The position numbers and the translations under genes are program-made. DNA of 64,000 bases from an uncultured Acidobacteriota bacterium (GTDB lineage Bacteria; Acidobacteriota; Polarisedimenticolia; J045): NCBI GenBank assembly GCA_963702425.1, contig CAVPCQ010000016.1, positions 128,001 through 192,000 on the forward strand. Reading direction: 5' to 3'. The notes beneath the pieces are model-generated. The model was not told the origin of the DNA. It did not search any database and saw only the letters and a list, made by a program, of their open reading frames with translations. Each line of letters opens with the position of its first letter. Within the stretch, counting starts at the first letter, position 1. This document shows positions 37,531 through 47,433 of the stretch, piece by piece.

Positions 37531-39611
37531 CCGCCCGTCGCTCCTTCTACGTCACGACCCCGATCTACTACGTCAACGACCTGCCGCACATCGGCCACAC
37601 CTACACCACGGTCGTCGCCGACGCGCTGGCGCGCTTCCACCGCCTGGCGGGCGACGAGGTCTACTTCCTGACCGGGACCGACGAGCACGGGCAGAAGATC
37701 GAGCGCGCGGCGGCGAAGCGCGGGATCGCGCCGCTGGCGCTGGCCGACGAGGTGGTGCTCAACTACCGGCAGCTCTGGCCGGCGCTGGCGATCAGTCACG
37801 ACGACTTCATCCGCACCACGGAAGCGCGGCACAAGGCCGGGGTCTACGAGCTGTTCCGCAGGATCCGCGAGAAGAGCCCCGACGCGATCTACAAGGGCAC
37901 TTATCGCGGCCTCTACTGCACCGGCTGCGAGGCGTTCTACACCCCCGCGCAGCTGGTCGACGGAAAGTGCCCCGAACAGGGCCATCCGGTCGAGGAGGTC
38001 GAGGAATCGTCCTGGTTCTTCCGGCTCTCGGCCTACCAGGACCGGCTGCTCGCGCTGTACGACCGGCAGCCCGGGTTCGTGCTGCCCGAGACGCGGCGCA
38101 ACGAGGTCCGCGCCTTCGTGGCCTCCGGGCTGCGCGACCTCTCGATCTCGCGCAGCAGGGACAAGGTCGGCTGGGGGATCCCCTTCCCCGGCGACCCCGA
38201 GCACGTCGTCTACGTCTGGTTCGACGCGCTGACCAACTACCTCTCGGCGCTCGGCTACGGCTCCGACGACCCGCGCAAGGTCGCGCGCTACTGGCACAAC
38301 GAGCCGGGGCACACGGCGCTGCACCTGGTGGGCAAGGACATCCTGCGCTTCCACGCGGTCTACTGGCCGGCCTTCCTGATGGCCGCCGGCGAGGAGCTGC
38401 CGCGCACGGTCTTCGGCCACGGCTGGTGGCTGAAGGACGACGCCAAGATGAGCAAGACGACCGGCAACATCGCGCGGCCCGGTCCGCTGCTCGAGACCTT
38501 CGGGGCCGATGCGCTGCGCTGGTTCCTGCTGCGGGAGATCCCGCTCGGGCTCGACGGCTCGTACTCCGACGAGGCGGTGCTGGAGCGGACCAACTCCGAC
38601 CTGGCCAACAACGTCGGCAACCTCTACTCGCGGGTGCTGGCGCTGATCGAGAAGAACGAAGCGGGCGTCGTCCCCGCCGCGGACGGCGCGCCGGCCGACG
38701 CGGTGCTCGACGGTCTGGCCGCCGCGGCGCGCGCGGCCTACCGCGCGGGGTTCGAGACCCACGACCCGTCGGCCGCGCTGCGCGCGGTGACCGAGTGGGC
38801 CGACGCGCTGAACAAGTACTTGGTGCGCCACGAGCCGTGGAAGCGGCCCGGGCGCGAGGCGCTGACCGCGGGGGTGCTGGGCGTCGCCGCGCAGCAGCTC
38901 GCGCAGATCGCGCTGCGGCTGCACCCGGCGATGCCGGTCGCCGCCGCCCGGCTGTGGCGGATGCTCGGCCTGGGCGAGGACCCGGCGCGCGAGATCGCGC
39001 CCGGCGTCGACCTGCTGGAGCTGGAGACGCTCCCCGTCGCCGGCCGCCGCATTGGCGCCGGCGAGGCCGTCTTCCCGCGCCTCGACCGCAAGGCCATCTT
39101 CGGCGACGTCGCTCCCGCTGCTGCGCCCCCCGTGGCCTCCTCCGGCGCGCCCACTGTAGGGGCCGGCCTCCGTGCCGGCCCGCCCACTGTAGGGGCCGGC
39201 CTCCGTGCCGGCCCGCAAGAGGCATCGACCGTGTCCGACACGCCACCCCCCGCCCCCGCCTCGCCCCCTTCTCCGCTGCCCGACGGCCTGATCGCGATCG
39301 ACGAGTTCTCGAAAGTCCAGCTGCGCTGCGCGAAAGTCCTGGTCTGCGAGCGCCACCCGAACGCCGAGAAGCTCCTTCGCCTCGAAGTGGACCTCGGTGG
39401 CGAGACGCGGCAGCTCGTCGCCGGCATCGCCTCGGCCTACCGGCCGGAGGACCTGGTCGGCCGAACGATCATCGTCGTCGCCAACCTCAAGCCGGCCAAG
39501 CTCCGCGGCCTCGAGTCGCAGGGGATGCTGCTCGCGGCGACCGGCCCGGACGGCGTGCCGCACGTGCTGGGGCCGGACGGCGAGGTACCGCCCGGGTCCA
39601 AAGTGTCCTAG
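37527..39611 (+). CDS. metG: Methionine--tRNA ligase with C-terminal tRNA-binding domain
   Basis: FYVTTPIYYVN..PHIGH, LTGTDEHGQK, YVWFDAL, KMSKT, VANLKPAKLRGLESQGMLLAA; ATGA overlap with larC. Confidence 0.97.
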   Translation: MTARRSFYVTTPIYYVNDLPHIGHTYTTVVADALARFHRLAGDEVYFLTGTDEHGQKIERAAAKRGIAPLALADEVVLNYRQLWPALAISHDDFIRTTEARHKAGVYELFRRIREKSPDAIYKGTYRGLYCTGCEAFYTPAQLVDGKCPEQGHPVEEVEESSWFFRLSAYQDRLLALYDRQPGFVLPETRRNEVRAFVASGLRDLSISRSRDKVGWGIPFPGDPEHVVYVWFDALTNYLSALGYGSDDPRKVARYWHNEPGHTALHLVGKDILRFHAVYWPAFLMAAGEELPRTVFGHGWWLKDDAKMSKTTGNIARPGPLLETFGADALRWFLLREIPLGLDGSYSDEAVLERTNSDLANNVGNLYSRVLALIEKNEAGVVPAADGAPADAVLDGLAAAARAAYRAGFETHDPSAALRAVTEWADALNKYLVRHEPWKRPGREALTAGVLGVAAQQLAQIALRLHPAMPVAAARLWRMLGLGEDPAREIAPGVDLLELETLPVAGRRIGAGEAVFPRLDRKAIFGDVAPAAAPPVASSGAPTVGAGLRAGPPTVGAGLRAGPQEASTVSDTPPPAPASPPSPLPDGLIAIDEFSKVQLRCAKVLVCERHPNAEKLLRLEVDLGGETRQLVAGIASAYRPEDLVGRTIIVVANLKPAKLRGLESQGMLLAATGPDGVPHVLGPDGEVPPGSKVS
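39150..39214 (+). repeat. Two REP copies inserted in frame in metG (33-bp period)
   Basis: CCCACT-GTAGGGGCCGGCCTCCGTGCCGGCCCG twice, same REP as at 35739-36050; encodes PTVGAGLRAGP x2. Confidence 0.9.
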
Positions 39612-39674
39612 TGCCGTCTTTGCCGCGCCCCGGGGGCTTGTGTTCCGGCCCTGGCCGCGGTACCAGAGGGGGCC

Positions 39675-42600
39675 ATGCCCGAGAAAGAGCCCCGCCGCGG
39701 CGCCTCCCGCGCCGAGATCGAGAGCGCGTTGCGGCGCGCGGGCGGCAACCGCGCCGAGGCGGCGCGCGCCCTCGGGGTCGGCCGGGCCACTCTCTACCGT
39801 TGGATCGAGGCCGAGGCGATCGAAGGCACCGACGGCTCGAGCCTGATCGGTGGTCGCTACGAGTTGCTGCGCCCGCTCGGCAGCGGCGGCCAGGCGACGG
39901 TCTTCCTGGTGCGCGACCGCGCGGCCGCCGGACGCGGCGAGCCGTCCGAGCGCGCACTCAAGCTGCTGCACGCCGAGGTCGGCGAACCGGAAGAGGTCGA
40001 GCGGTTGCGCGGCGAGTTCCGCGCGCTGGCCGGCCTGCGCCACCCGGGATTGGTGCGCGTCTTCGACTTCGGCGTGGACGACGCCAGCGGGCGGCCGTTC
40101 CTGGTGATGGAGGTCGTGCCGGGCACGCCGTTCGTCGCGGCCGCCGCCGGGCGCTCGACCCGGTGGGTCCTGGCCGCGCTCGCCGCCGCGCTGCGCGCGG
40201 TCGCGCACCTGCACCGCCGCGGGATCGTGCACCGCGACCTGAAGTCCGAGAACGTGCTCGTCGCGCCGGGAAGCGATCCGGGACGCCCGGGCCGCGCGAC
40301 GGTGATGGACCTCGGCCTGTCGGAGGCGCTGGCCGGGCCGCAGCAGGGCGCCGGCGGCACACTGCTCTACGCCGCGCCGGAGTTGCTCGCCGGCGAGCGC
40401 GCCTCCGCCCGCAGCGACGTCTTCGCACTCGGGGTGACGCTCGAGCGCGCGCTCGACGAACGGCGCGACGACCGGCCGCCCGGTCTCGACGCGTTCCTCG
40501 CGCGGATGACCGCGGCCGACCCGGCGGCGCGCTTCGCCGATGCCGCGGTGGCGCTCGAGGAGCTGGAGCGGATCGCAGGTCCACTGCCCGACGCCGCCGG
40601 TCCGGCCGACGGGACCGCGGTCGCCTTCGTCGGCCGCGCGGCCGAACTGGCCGAAGCGCTGGCGCGCCTCGATCCGGCACGCGACGCGGCAACGCCGCCG
40701 TTGCTGCTGATCACCGGCGAAGGGGGCGCGGGCAAGTCGCGCCTGCTCGAGGCCGTGCTCGACGAGCTGCGCGCCCGCGGGACCGCGGTCGCGCGCGGCA
40801 CCTGCCGCCCGGGCGGCGAGCACAGCCTCGATCCGCTGGTCGAACTGCTGGCCGAGGTGCTCGGCGGCGCCGACGGAACCGGGACGGCGCCGGCCGACGA
40901 GCTGGTGCGCCGGCACCGCGCCGCGCTGGCCGCGGTCGCGCCGGCGCTCGTCGCCCCCGCGGCGGACGAGCCCCCGCCCGACCGTCGGACCGCGATCGCC
41001 GCGCTGGCCGAGCTGGCGGTCGAGTCGGCACGCGCGCGGCCGCTGGTGCTGGCGGTCGAGGACCTGCACGACGCCGACCCGTTCGTGCTCGACCTCGTCG
41101 CCGCGATCGCCCGCCGCGCGCGCGGCACCGCGCTGCGCGTCGCGGCCACCGCCCGGCCCGACGAGGATCGACCCGCGTTCGCCGCCGCGGCCCGCGCGCT
41201 GGAGGCCGAGGGGCTGTTCGCGGCGCTGCTGCTCGGCCCGCTCTCGCGCGCCGAGGTTGCAGCGCTGGCCGCCGAGGTCGTCGGGCCGGCACGCGCCGCG
41301 CTGCTGGCCGAGCGGGTCCACGGGCTGACCTCCGGGAACGCGTTCTTCGCCGAGACGGTGCTGCGCGATCTCGCCGAGCGGGTCGGCGGCGACGGCGACG
41401 AGCTGCGCCTGCCGACCAGTCGCCAGGAAGCGCTGGCCGAGAATGTCGCGCGCAGCGGCCCGGCCGGGATCGCGCTGCTCGAAGCGCTCGCCGTCGCCGG
41501 CGCGCCGGAGACCGACGTCGACCTGCGCGCCGTCGTCAGTGGCGCTGGGGGCGGCGAAGCCGCAGGCGTCGCCGCCGCGGACGCCGTCCCGGCGCTGCTC
41601 GCACGCCGGATGCTCGTGCGCCGCGACGACGGGCGGCTCGACCTGGCGCACGCGACGCTGCGCGAGGCGCTGCTCGAGGCGGCGGGCGCGGAGCGCCGGC
41701 GCGCGCTGCACCGCGCCTGGGCCGCGCTCGCCGCAGACGACTCGGCGCGGATCGTCGAGCGTGCCGGACACCTGCTGGCGGCCGCGGACGGCGCGGGCCA
41801 TGCGGACGCGCTGCTCGCGGCCGCCGACACGCTCGAGCGCTCGTGGCGGCCGGGGGCGGCGATCCCGTTCCTCGAAGCGGTGCTCGCGGCGTCGCTCGAG
41901 ACTGCGGTCAGCGCGGCGTCGCTCGATGCCGCGCCCCGCACCGCGCGCGAGCGGCTCGCGCTCTACGCACGGCTCGAGCGGGCCTGGCACGCGATCCGCA
42001 ACGACGTCCGCGCGATCGACCTCTGTCGCGCCTGGGCCGACGCCGCGCGGGCGCTCGGCGACGCGGCCTCGGAATCGCGGGCGCTCGGAATGCTCGCGGC
42101 ACGGCTGCGCGGCCTCGCCCGCTTCGACGAGGCGCGGGCCGCGGCCGAGAGCGCGGTTGCGCTGGCGAAAGGCAGCGGCGACCCGGCGGCGCTCGCGCTG
42201 GCGCTGAAGATCCTGGCCAGCGTGCAGCTCACGGCCTGGGATCACGACGCCGCCCTGGCAACGATGGAGCAGGCGCTGGCGCTCTTCCGCGAGACGGAGG
42301 ACCCAGGGCGCGCGGGCAGCGCCGAACGTGCCGGCGGCGCCGAGCGCTCCCGCGACGTCGCGACCTGTCTCAACGACATCGCGTTGCTGCGCGCGCTCGG
42401 CGGCCGGACACAGGCCGCGCTCGAGGCACTGGACGAGGCGCGGGCGATCTTCCGCGGGCTCGACGACCGCGTCTGGGCGGCGAACCTCCACGTCAACGAG
42501 GCGCTGGTGCGGACCTTCCTCGGCGACCTGGCGGGGGCGGCGGCGCGCCTCGACGAGACGCTGGCCGAGATCCCGGCGCTCGGCGCCGCGGTGCCGCTCG

Positions 42601-44943
42601 AGCTGGCGCTCGAGAACCTCGGCCTCGTGCAGCTCCGGCTCGGGCGCTACGAGGCGGCGCTGGCGACCGGCCGCCGGCTGCTCGACGAGGCGACCCGCTT
42701 CGACCGCCGGGCCTACCGCGTCTCCGGGCTGCTGATCGCCGGCGAGGCGCTGTTCTGGACCGACGAGCGCGACGCCGCGCGCGAGCACGACCGGCTCGCG
42801 CTCTCGCTGGCCGAGGCGCTGGGCGAAGCAGCGCAGCTTCAGTTCGCACGGCTCGCCGTCGCGCGCGACCGGCGCGCCGACCGCGCCCTCGACGCCGCGC
42901 GCGAGGCAGCCGACGCCGCGCTGGCCGACTCCGAGCGCACCGGAAACCTCAGGATCCGCGCACTGGCGGCGCTCGAGCGGGCACGGATCGCGCTCGACGA
43001 AGAGGACGCCCCGGGCGCGCTGGCCTGGCTCGACCGGGCCGAAGTCGCGCTGGCGGTTCCGCGCGAGGACGGCCCGGCCACGCGTGCCGCGCTGCTCTAC
43101 GAGCGCGCCCGCGCGCGCCGACTGGCGCGCCAGCCGGACCTGGCGCGGGCCGACGCCGAGGAGGCGATCGGCCTGGCGCGGCGCTCCGGGATGACCGAGC
43201 TGGAACTGCGCGCGCTGGCCGTGCTGGCCGGTCTGTTCGCCGAGCGCGGCGACCAGCCGGCGGCGGACGAGGCGCTGGCCCACGCGGTGGCGCTGGCCGA
43301 CGCGCTGGCCGGCGGGATCGCCGACCCGGCGCGGCGCGCGCGCTTCCTCGGCCGGCCCGACCTGCTCGCCCTGCGCGACGCGGCGGTCCGCCGGGGCGCG
43401 CTGCAGCCCGCCGGACGCGCCGCCGCCCCGGCCGGCCGGGCACGCGGCCTCGACCCGCTGGCCGCGCTCTACGAAGTCGCGCAAGCGGTGGCCGACGAGG
43501 GCGACCTCGACCCGCTCTTCCGCCGGATCGTGGCCCTCGCGGTCGAGCAGGCGGGCGCGGAGCGCGGCCTGCTGCTGCTGCGCCGCGCGGACGGCGGCGC
43601 GCTGGAGCCGGTCGCGGCCGAGGGGGTGGAGGACCGGACCGCGCACGACGCGGTGCAGATCTCGAAGAGCGTGCTGGCCCGCGCCGACGAGGGGCACGCG
43701 ATCCTGGCCCGTGACGCGCGCTCGCATCCCGACCTGTCGGAAGCGCAGTCGGTGGCGCTGTTCGACATCCGCTCGGTGATGTGCGTTCCGCTGCGCCTCG
43801 GGCGCGAAGTGCTGGGCACGCTGTACGTCGACACCCGCGGCGCGCACGCCGCGTTCTCGGAAGCCGATCTGCGCTTTCTCGAGGCGCTGGCCGCGCAGGC
43901 GGCGGTCGCGCTGGGCTACGGGCGGCTGGTCGGCCGGTTGTCGCGCGAGCGCGAGGCGCTACGCCAGGCAGCCGACGCGGCGCGCGGTTTCGGCGAGCTG
44001 ATCGGCCGCTCGGCGGCGATGCGCCGCGTCTTCGAGACCCTGGCCAAGGTCGCGCCGACCTCGCTGCCGGTGATCGTCACCGGGGAGTCGGGGACCGGCA
44101 AGGAGCTGGTCGCACGCGCGCTGCACGAGTCCTCTCCGCGTCGCGCCCACCCGTTCCTGACCGAGAACTGCGCGACGATTCCTGAGACGCTGCTGGAGAG
44201 CGTCCTGTTCGGCCACGCGCGCGGCGCGTTCACCGGGGCGGACGCACCGCGCCGTGGCCTGTTCGAGCTGGCGGACGGCGGAACCCTGGTGCTGGACGAG
44301 ATCGGCGACATGAGCCCGGGGCTGCAGGCCAAGCTGCTGCGCGTGCTGCAGGACCGCGCCTTCCGGCCGCTCGGCAGCGAGCGGCTGGTGCGCGCCGACG
44401 TGCGGGTCGTCGGCGCGACCCACCGCGATCTCGAGTCGCTGATGCGGGACGGCGTTTTCCGGCAGGACCTCTACTTCCGGCTCAACGGAATCACGATCGA
44501 GATCCCGCCGCTGCGCGAGCGCCGCGAGGACGTCCCGCTGCTGGCGCATCACTTCCTGGAACGCGAGGCCCGGGCGGCCGGCCTTCCCGCTCCTCCCACG
44601 CTGGAGCCGTCGGCCCTTCGCGCGCTGGCCGCGCTCGACTGGCCGGGCAACGTGCGCCAGCTCGAGCACACGATGCGGCGTCTCCTGATCTTCGCCGAGG
44701 GGGGCCGGATCACGCGCGAGACCCTGGCCGCGGACCCGGAGCTGGCGGCGGCCGCAGGGCTGAAGGCGGGGGCGGCGGGCGGAGCGAGGGCGGCCGCGGG
44801 ATCCGCGCCGGTGCCCCCGATCCGAGCAGGCGGTCCGGGAGGCGCTCGCCCGCACGGGTGGAAACCGCAAGGAGGCGGCGCGGACGCTGGGCCTGTCGCG
44901 CGCGACCTTCTACCGCCGGCTGGGGGAGCTGGGGATCCGCTGA
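39675..44943 (+). CDS. Giant sigma-54 activator 2: Fis HTH - Ser/Thr kinase - STAND-like ATPase - TPR-like repeats - GAF - AAA+ - Fis HTH (frameshift near 44820)
   Basis: N-terminal GGNRAEAARALGVGRATLYRW; LGSGGQATV, HRDLKSEN, DLG, APE; GEGGAGKSRL, LAVEDLH; SVMCVPL..LYVDTR; GESGTGKE, GAFTGA, WPGNVRQLE; an alternative frame from ~44824 gives EQAVREALARTGGNRKEAARTLGLSRATFYRRLGELGIR with TGA at 44941-44943. Confidence 0.88.
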
Positions 44944-45084
44944 GGGAGTGTCTCCAGGCGTGTGGTCCACGCGGCGAGTTGCGGGTCCGGGACGGTCCGC
45001 GTTCCGGCCGAGCCCGGGTTCGAGTTCACGCTGAGCGTGGTGCCGCTTCCCGATGGGCCGTGAGGGGAGCCCTTCCTTCACCTT

Positions 45085-45250
45085 CCCGTGAGACACCCTC
45101 CGTGTCTCACGGGGCGCGGACACGCCCTTCGGCCCCCTTCTCCGTGAGACACCGCAACCCCTTGCAAAGACACGATTTGCTGGATGAGACACCTCATCTC
45201 CCCCGTGTCTCATGGACACGGCCTCCCGAGTGTCTCATCCCCATAAGACA
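45085..45250. promoter_or_regulatory. Enhancer (UAS) array of TGAGACAC / GTGTCTCA boxes
   Basis: Exact boxes at 45089, 45102, 45145, 45185, 45205, 45230, including the 12-bp inverted repeat CCCGTGAGACAC-N5-GTGTCTCACGGG; degenerate copies at 44948, 45166, 45214, 45244. Confidence 0.8.
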
Positions 45251-45255
45251 AGCAA

Positions 45256-45268
45256 TATCAACCACTTG
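45256..45268 (+). promoter_or_regulatory. IHF binding site
   Basis: TATCAACCACTTG is an exact WATCAANNNNTTR match located between the enhancer array and the promoter. Confidence 0.7.
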
Positions 45269-45284
45269 ACGCCGCCGCTCCGCA

Positions 45285-45300
45285 TGGCCCGCCTCTTGCA
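45285..45300 (+). promoter_or_regulatory. Sigma-54 (-24/-12) promoter
   Basis: TGGCCCGCCTCTTGCA, GG-N10-GC; predicted +1 near 45311, RBS AAAGGAGG 45313-45320, ATG 45328. Confidence 0.85.
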
Positions 45301-45327
45301 GTAGTGCTTTTCAAAGGAGGAAGGACC

Positions 45328-47277
45328 ATGAAACCCGCACGCTGTTTCCTGGCACTCGCACTGGTGCTGGCGCTCGTCCCGCTCGCGCTTGCCGGGGGCA
45401 AGCCGACTGCGGTGCTTGCGCGCGACCTGGGCGCGGCGTTCGACGCGGCGAAGACCCCGGCCGGCACGCCGGTCGTGATCCAGCTCCGCGACGGCGCGAA
45501 ACTTGGCGGTCCGCTCGCGGCGCTCGCGGCGTCGGGCCGCACGGTCGGCCACGGCGCGCTCGTCGCCGCGCTCGATCGGGCGACGCTCGACCGCCTGGCG
45601 GCCGACCCCGCGGTGCTCTCGCTTTCGCCCGACCGCGAGATCCGCGCCAACCTCGACGTCGGCCGCCCGGCGGTCAACGGCGACATCGCCTACACCACGA
45701 CCGGTGCGACCGGCCGCGGCGTGACCGTGGCGCTGATCGACTCCGGACTCGCGCCGGGCATCGCGGTCCCCGAGTCGCGCGTCTTGGCGCGCGTCGACTT
45801 CGTCGATCCGAAGGGCAAGGCGCGCGACGGCTTCGGCCACGGCACCCACATCGCCGGGATCATCGGCGGGCGGGACGGCGTGGCGCCGGAGACCAACTTC
45901 GTCGTGCTGCGCGTGCTCGACGACCAGGGGGCCGGCCGGCTCTCGTCGGTGATCTCGGCGGTCGACTGGGCGATCGCCAACAAGGCCGCGTACGGGATCG
46001 AAGTCGTCAACCTGTCGCTGGGCTACACGCCGCAGATGTCGTTCCGGTTCGACCCGCTGAACGTCGCGGTGCGCCGGGCCTGGGACGCCGGGCTGACGGT
46101 CGTCGCCTCGGCCGGCAACCGCGGCCGCGATGGCCGCCTGACGATCAACGCACCGGGCAACGACCCGCTGGTGATCACCGTCGGCGCGATGAACGACTTC
46201 AACACCGTGGCCCGCGGGGACGACTCGGTGACCACGTTCTCCGGCCGCGGCCCGTCGCTGGGCGACCTGGTCGTGAAGCCGGACGTCGTCGCGCCGGGCA
46301 ACCGGATCGTCGGGGCGATGGCTCCCAACTGCTCGCTGGCGACGAACTACCCCGACAAGGTCGTGGACAACAATCTCGAACTGTCCGGCACGAGCATGGC
46401 GGCCGGCTTCGCCACGGCGACCGCCGCGCTGCTGCTCGAGCGCTACCCCGACGCCAGCAACGACGCGATCAAGTCGATCCTGATGCGCTCGGCGGAAAAG
46501 GTGCCGGGCGACGTCTTCGCGCGCGGCGCGGGCTACCTCGACGCGCTGAAGGCGCTCCAACTGGCGGCTACGATGGCGACGCCGCGCGACTTCAACTCGG
46601 CCTCCCCGCTCGTGGCGCGCACGCCGAAGGGCGTGGCCTTCTACACCCTGAACGGCAAGACCCACCGCCCGGTGCTGCTGGCCAACGTCGGTGCGACTTA
46701 CGGCAAGGGCGCGACCTATGGCGACCCGCAGTTCTGGCACGACGCGGAGCTGTGGGGCGAGCGGGCCGCGGCCTATGCCGACGGCGTGATCTGGGCCGAC
46801 GGCGTGATCTGGGGCGACGGCGTGATCTGGGGCGACGGCGTGATCTGGGGCGACGGCGTGATCTGGGGCGACGGCGTGATCTGGGGCGACGGCGTGATCT
46901 GGGGCGACGGCGTGATCTGGGCCGACGGCGTGATCTGGGGCGACGGCGTGATCTGGGGCGACGGCGTGATCTGGGGCGACGGCGTGATCTGGGGCGACGG
47001 CGTGATCTGGGCTGACGGCGTGATCTGGGGCGACGGCGTGATCTGGGGTGACGGCGTGATCTGGGGCGACGGATTGCTCTGGGGCGACGGCGTGATCTGG
47101 GGTGACGGCGTGATCTGGGGCGACGGCGTCATCTGGGCCGACGGCGTGATCTGGGGTGACGGTGTGATCTGGGGTGACGGCGTGATCTGGGCCGACGGTG
47201 TGATCTGGGGCGATGGCGTGATCTGGGGCGACGGCGTGATCTGGGGTGACTCGCTCACGGGCGCCGTAGCCGACTGA
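45328..47277 (+). CDS. Secreted S8 subtilisin-like serine protease with C-terminal (DGVIWG)26 tail
   Basis: Signal peptide, prodomain, LIDSG, GHGTHIAG, SAGNRG, SGTSMAA (complete triad and oxyanion Asn), then the hexapeptide repeat. Confidence 0.93.
   Translation: MKPARCFLALALVLALVPLALAGGKPTAVLARDLGAAFDAAKTPAGTPVVIQLRDGAKLGGPLAALAASGRTVGHGALVAALDRATLDRLAADPAVLSLSPDREIRANLDVGRPAVNGDIAYTTTGATGRGVTVALIDSGLAPGIAVPESRVLARVDFVDPKGKARDGFGHGTHIAGIIGGRDGVAPETNFVVLRVLDDQGAGRLSSVISAVDWAIANKAAYGIEVVNLSLGYTPQMSFRFDPLNVAVRRAWDAGLTVVASAGNRGRDGRLTINAPGNDPLVITVGAMNDFNTVARGDDSVTTFSGRGPSLGDLVVKPDVVAPGNRIVGAMAPNCSLATNYPDKVVDNNLELSGTSMAAGFATATAALLLERYPDASNDAIKSILMRSAEKVPGDVFARGAGYLDALKALQLAATMATPRDFNSASPLVARTPKGVAFYTLNGKTHRPVLLANVGATYGKGATYGDPQFWHDAELWGERAAAYADGVIWADGVIWGDGVIWGDGVIWGDGVIWGDGVIWGDGVIWGDGVIWADGVIWGDGVIWGDGVIWGDGVIWGDGVIWADGVIWGDGVIWGDGVIWGDGLLWGDGVIWGDGVIWGDGVIWADGVIWGDGVIWGDGVIWADGVIWGDGVIWGDGVIWGDSLTGAVAD
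46780..47247 (+). repeat. 26 tandem 18-bp units GACGGCGTGATCTGGG(G/C)C encoding DGVIW(G/A)
   Basis: Counted directly: 20 DGVIWG, 5 DGVIWA, 1 DGLLWG; 26 x 18 = 468 bp. Confidence 0.97.
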
Positions 47278-47301
47278 GTTCTTCATGGGTTGACGGAACG
47301 G

Positions 47302-47378
47302 TTCCGCGGGGCCCCGTCTTCTCCCCCCGCCCCGCGGAATCGCCGAGGCCGGAATCGTCCCCCCACGGACCTCGGTTT
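47302..47378. terminator. Tandem hairpins between the convergent protease and xth genes
   Basis: TTCCGCGGGGC...GCCCCGCGGAA and CCGAGG...CCTCGG-TTTC. Confidence 0.45.
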
Positions 47379-47433
47379 CATCCCGCGCAGGGGTCGGGCG
47401 GTCCCTTGGACCCGACCCCTGCGCGATCTTTCT

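Noticed and set aside
35877-39611. LarC-MetG fusion protein (1244-aa ORF)
   Set aside because: Artefact of the larC frameshift; larC ends at 37530 and metG starts at 37527.
36636-43847. 2403-aa minus-strand ORF and other very long Arg/Ala/Pro-rich ORFs (e.g. 37967-43714, 57797-61543, 69-1241)
   Set aside because: Shadow frames of real genes in high-GC DNA; no motifs.
44944-45269. C-terminal extension of activator 2 as given in the ORF track
   Set aside because: It is read-through after a frameshift; the HTH-encoding frame stops at 44943 and this region holds the enhancer and IHF site.
46780-47247. Non-coding VNTR, or the antisense PSPQIT / PDHAVA repeat ORFs
   Set aside because: The repeat is in frame with the protease, and variation is mostly at third codon positions of the DGVIWG frame.
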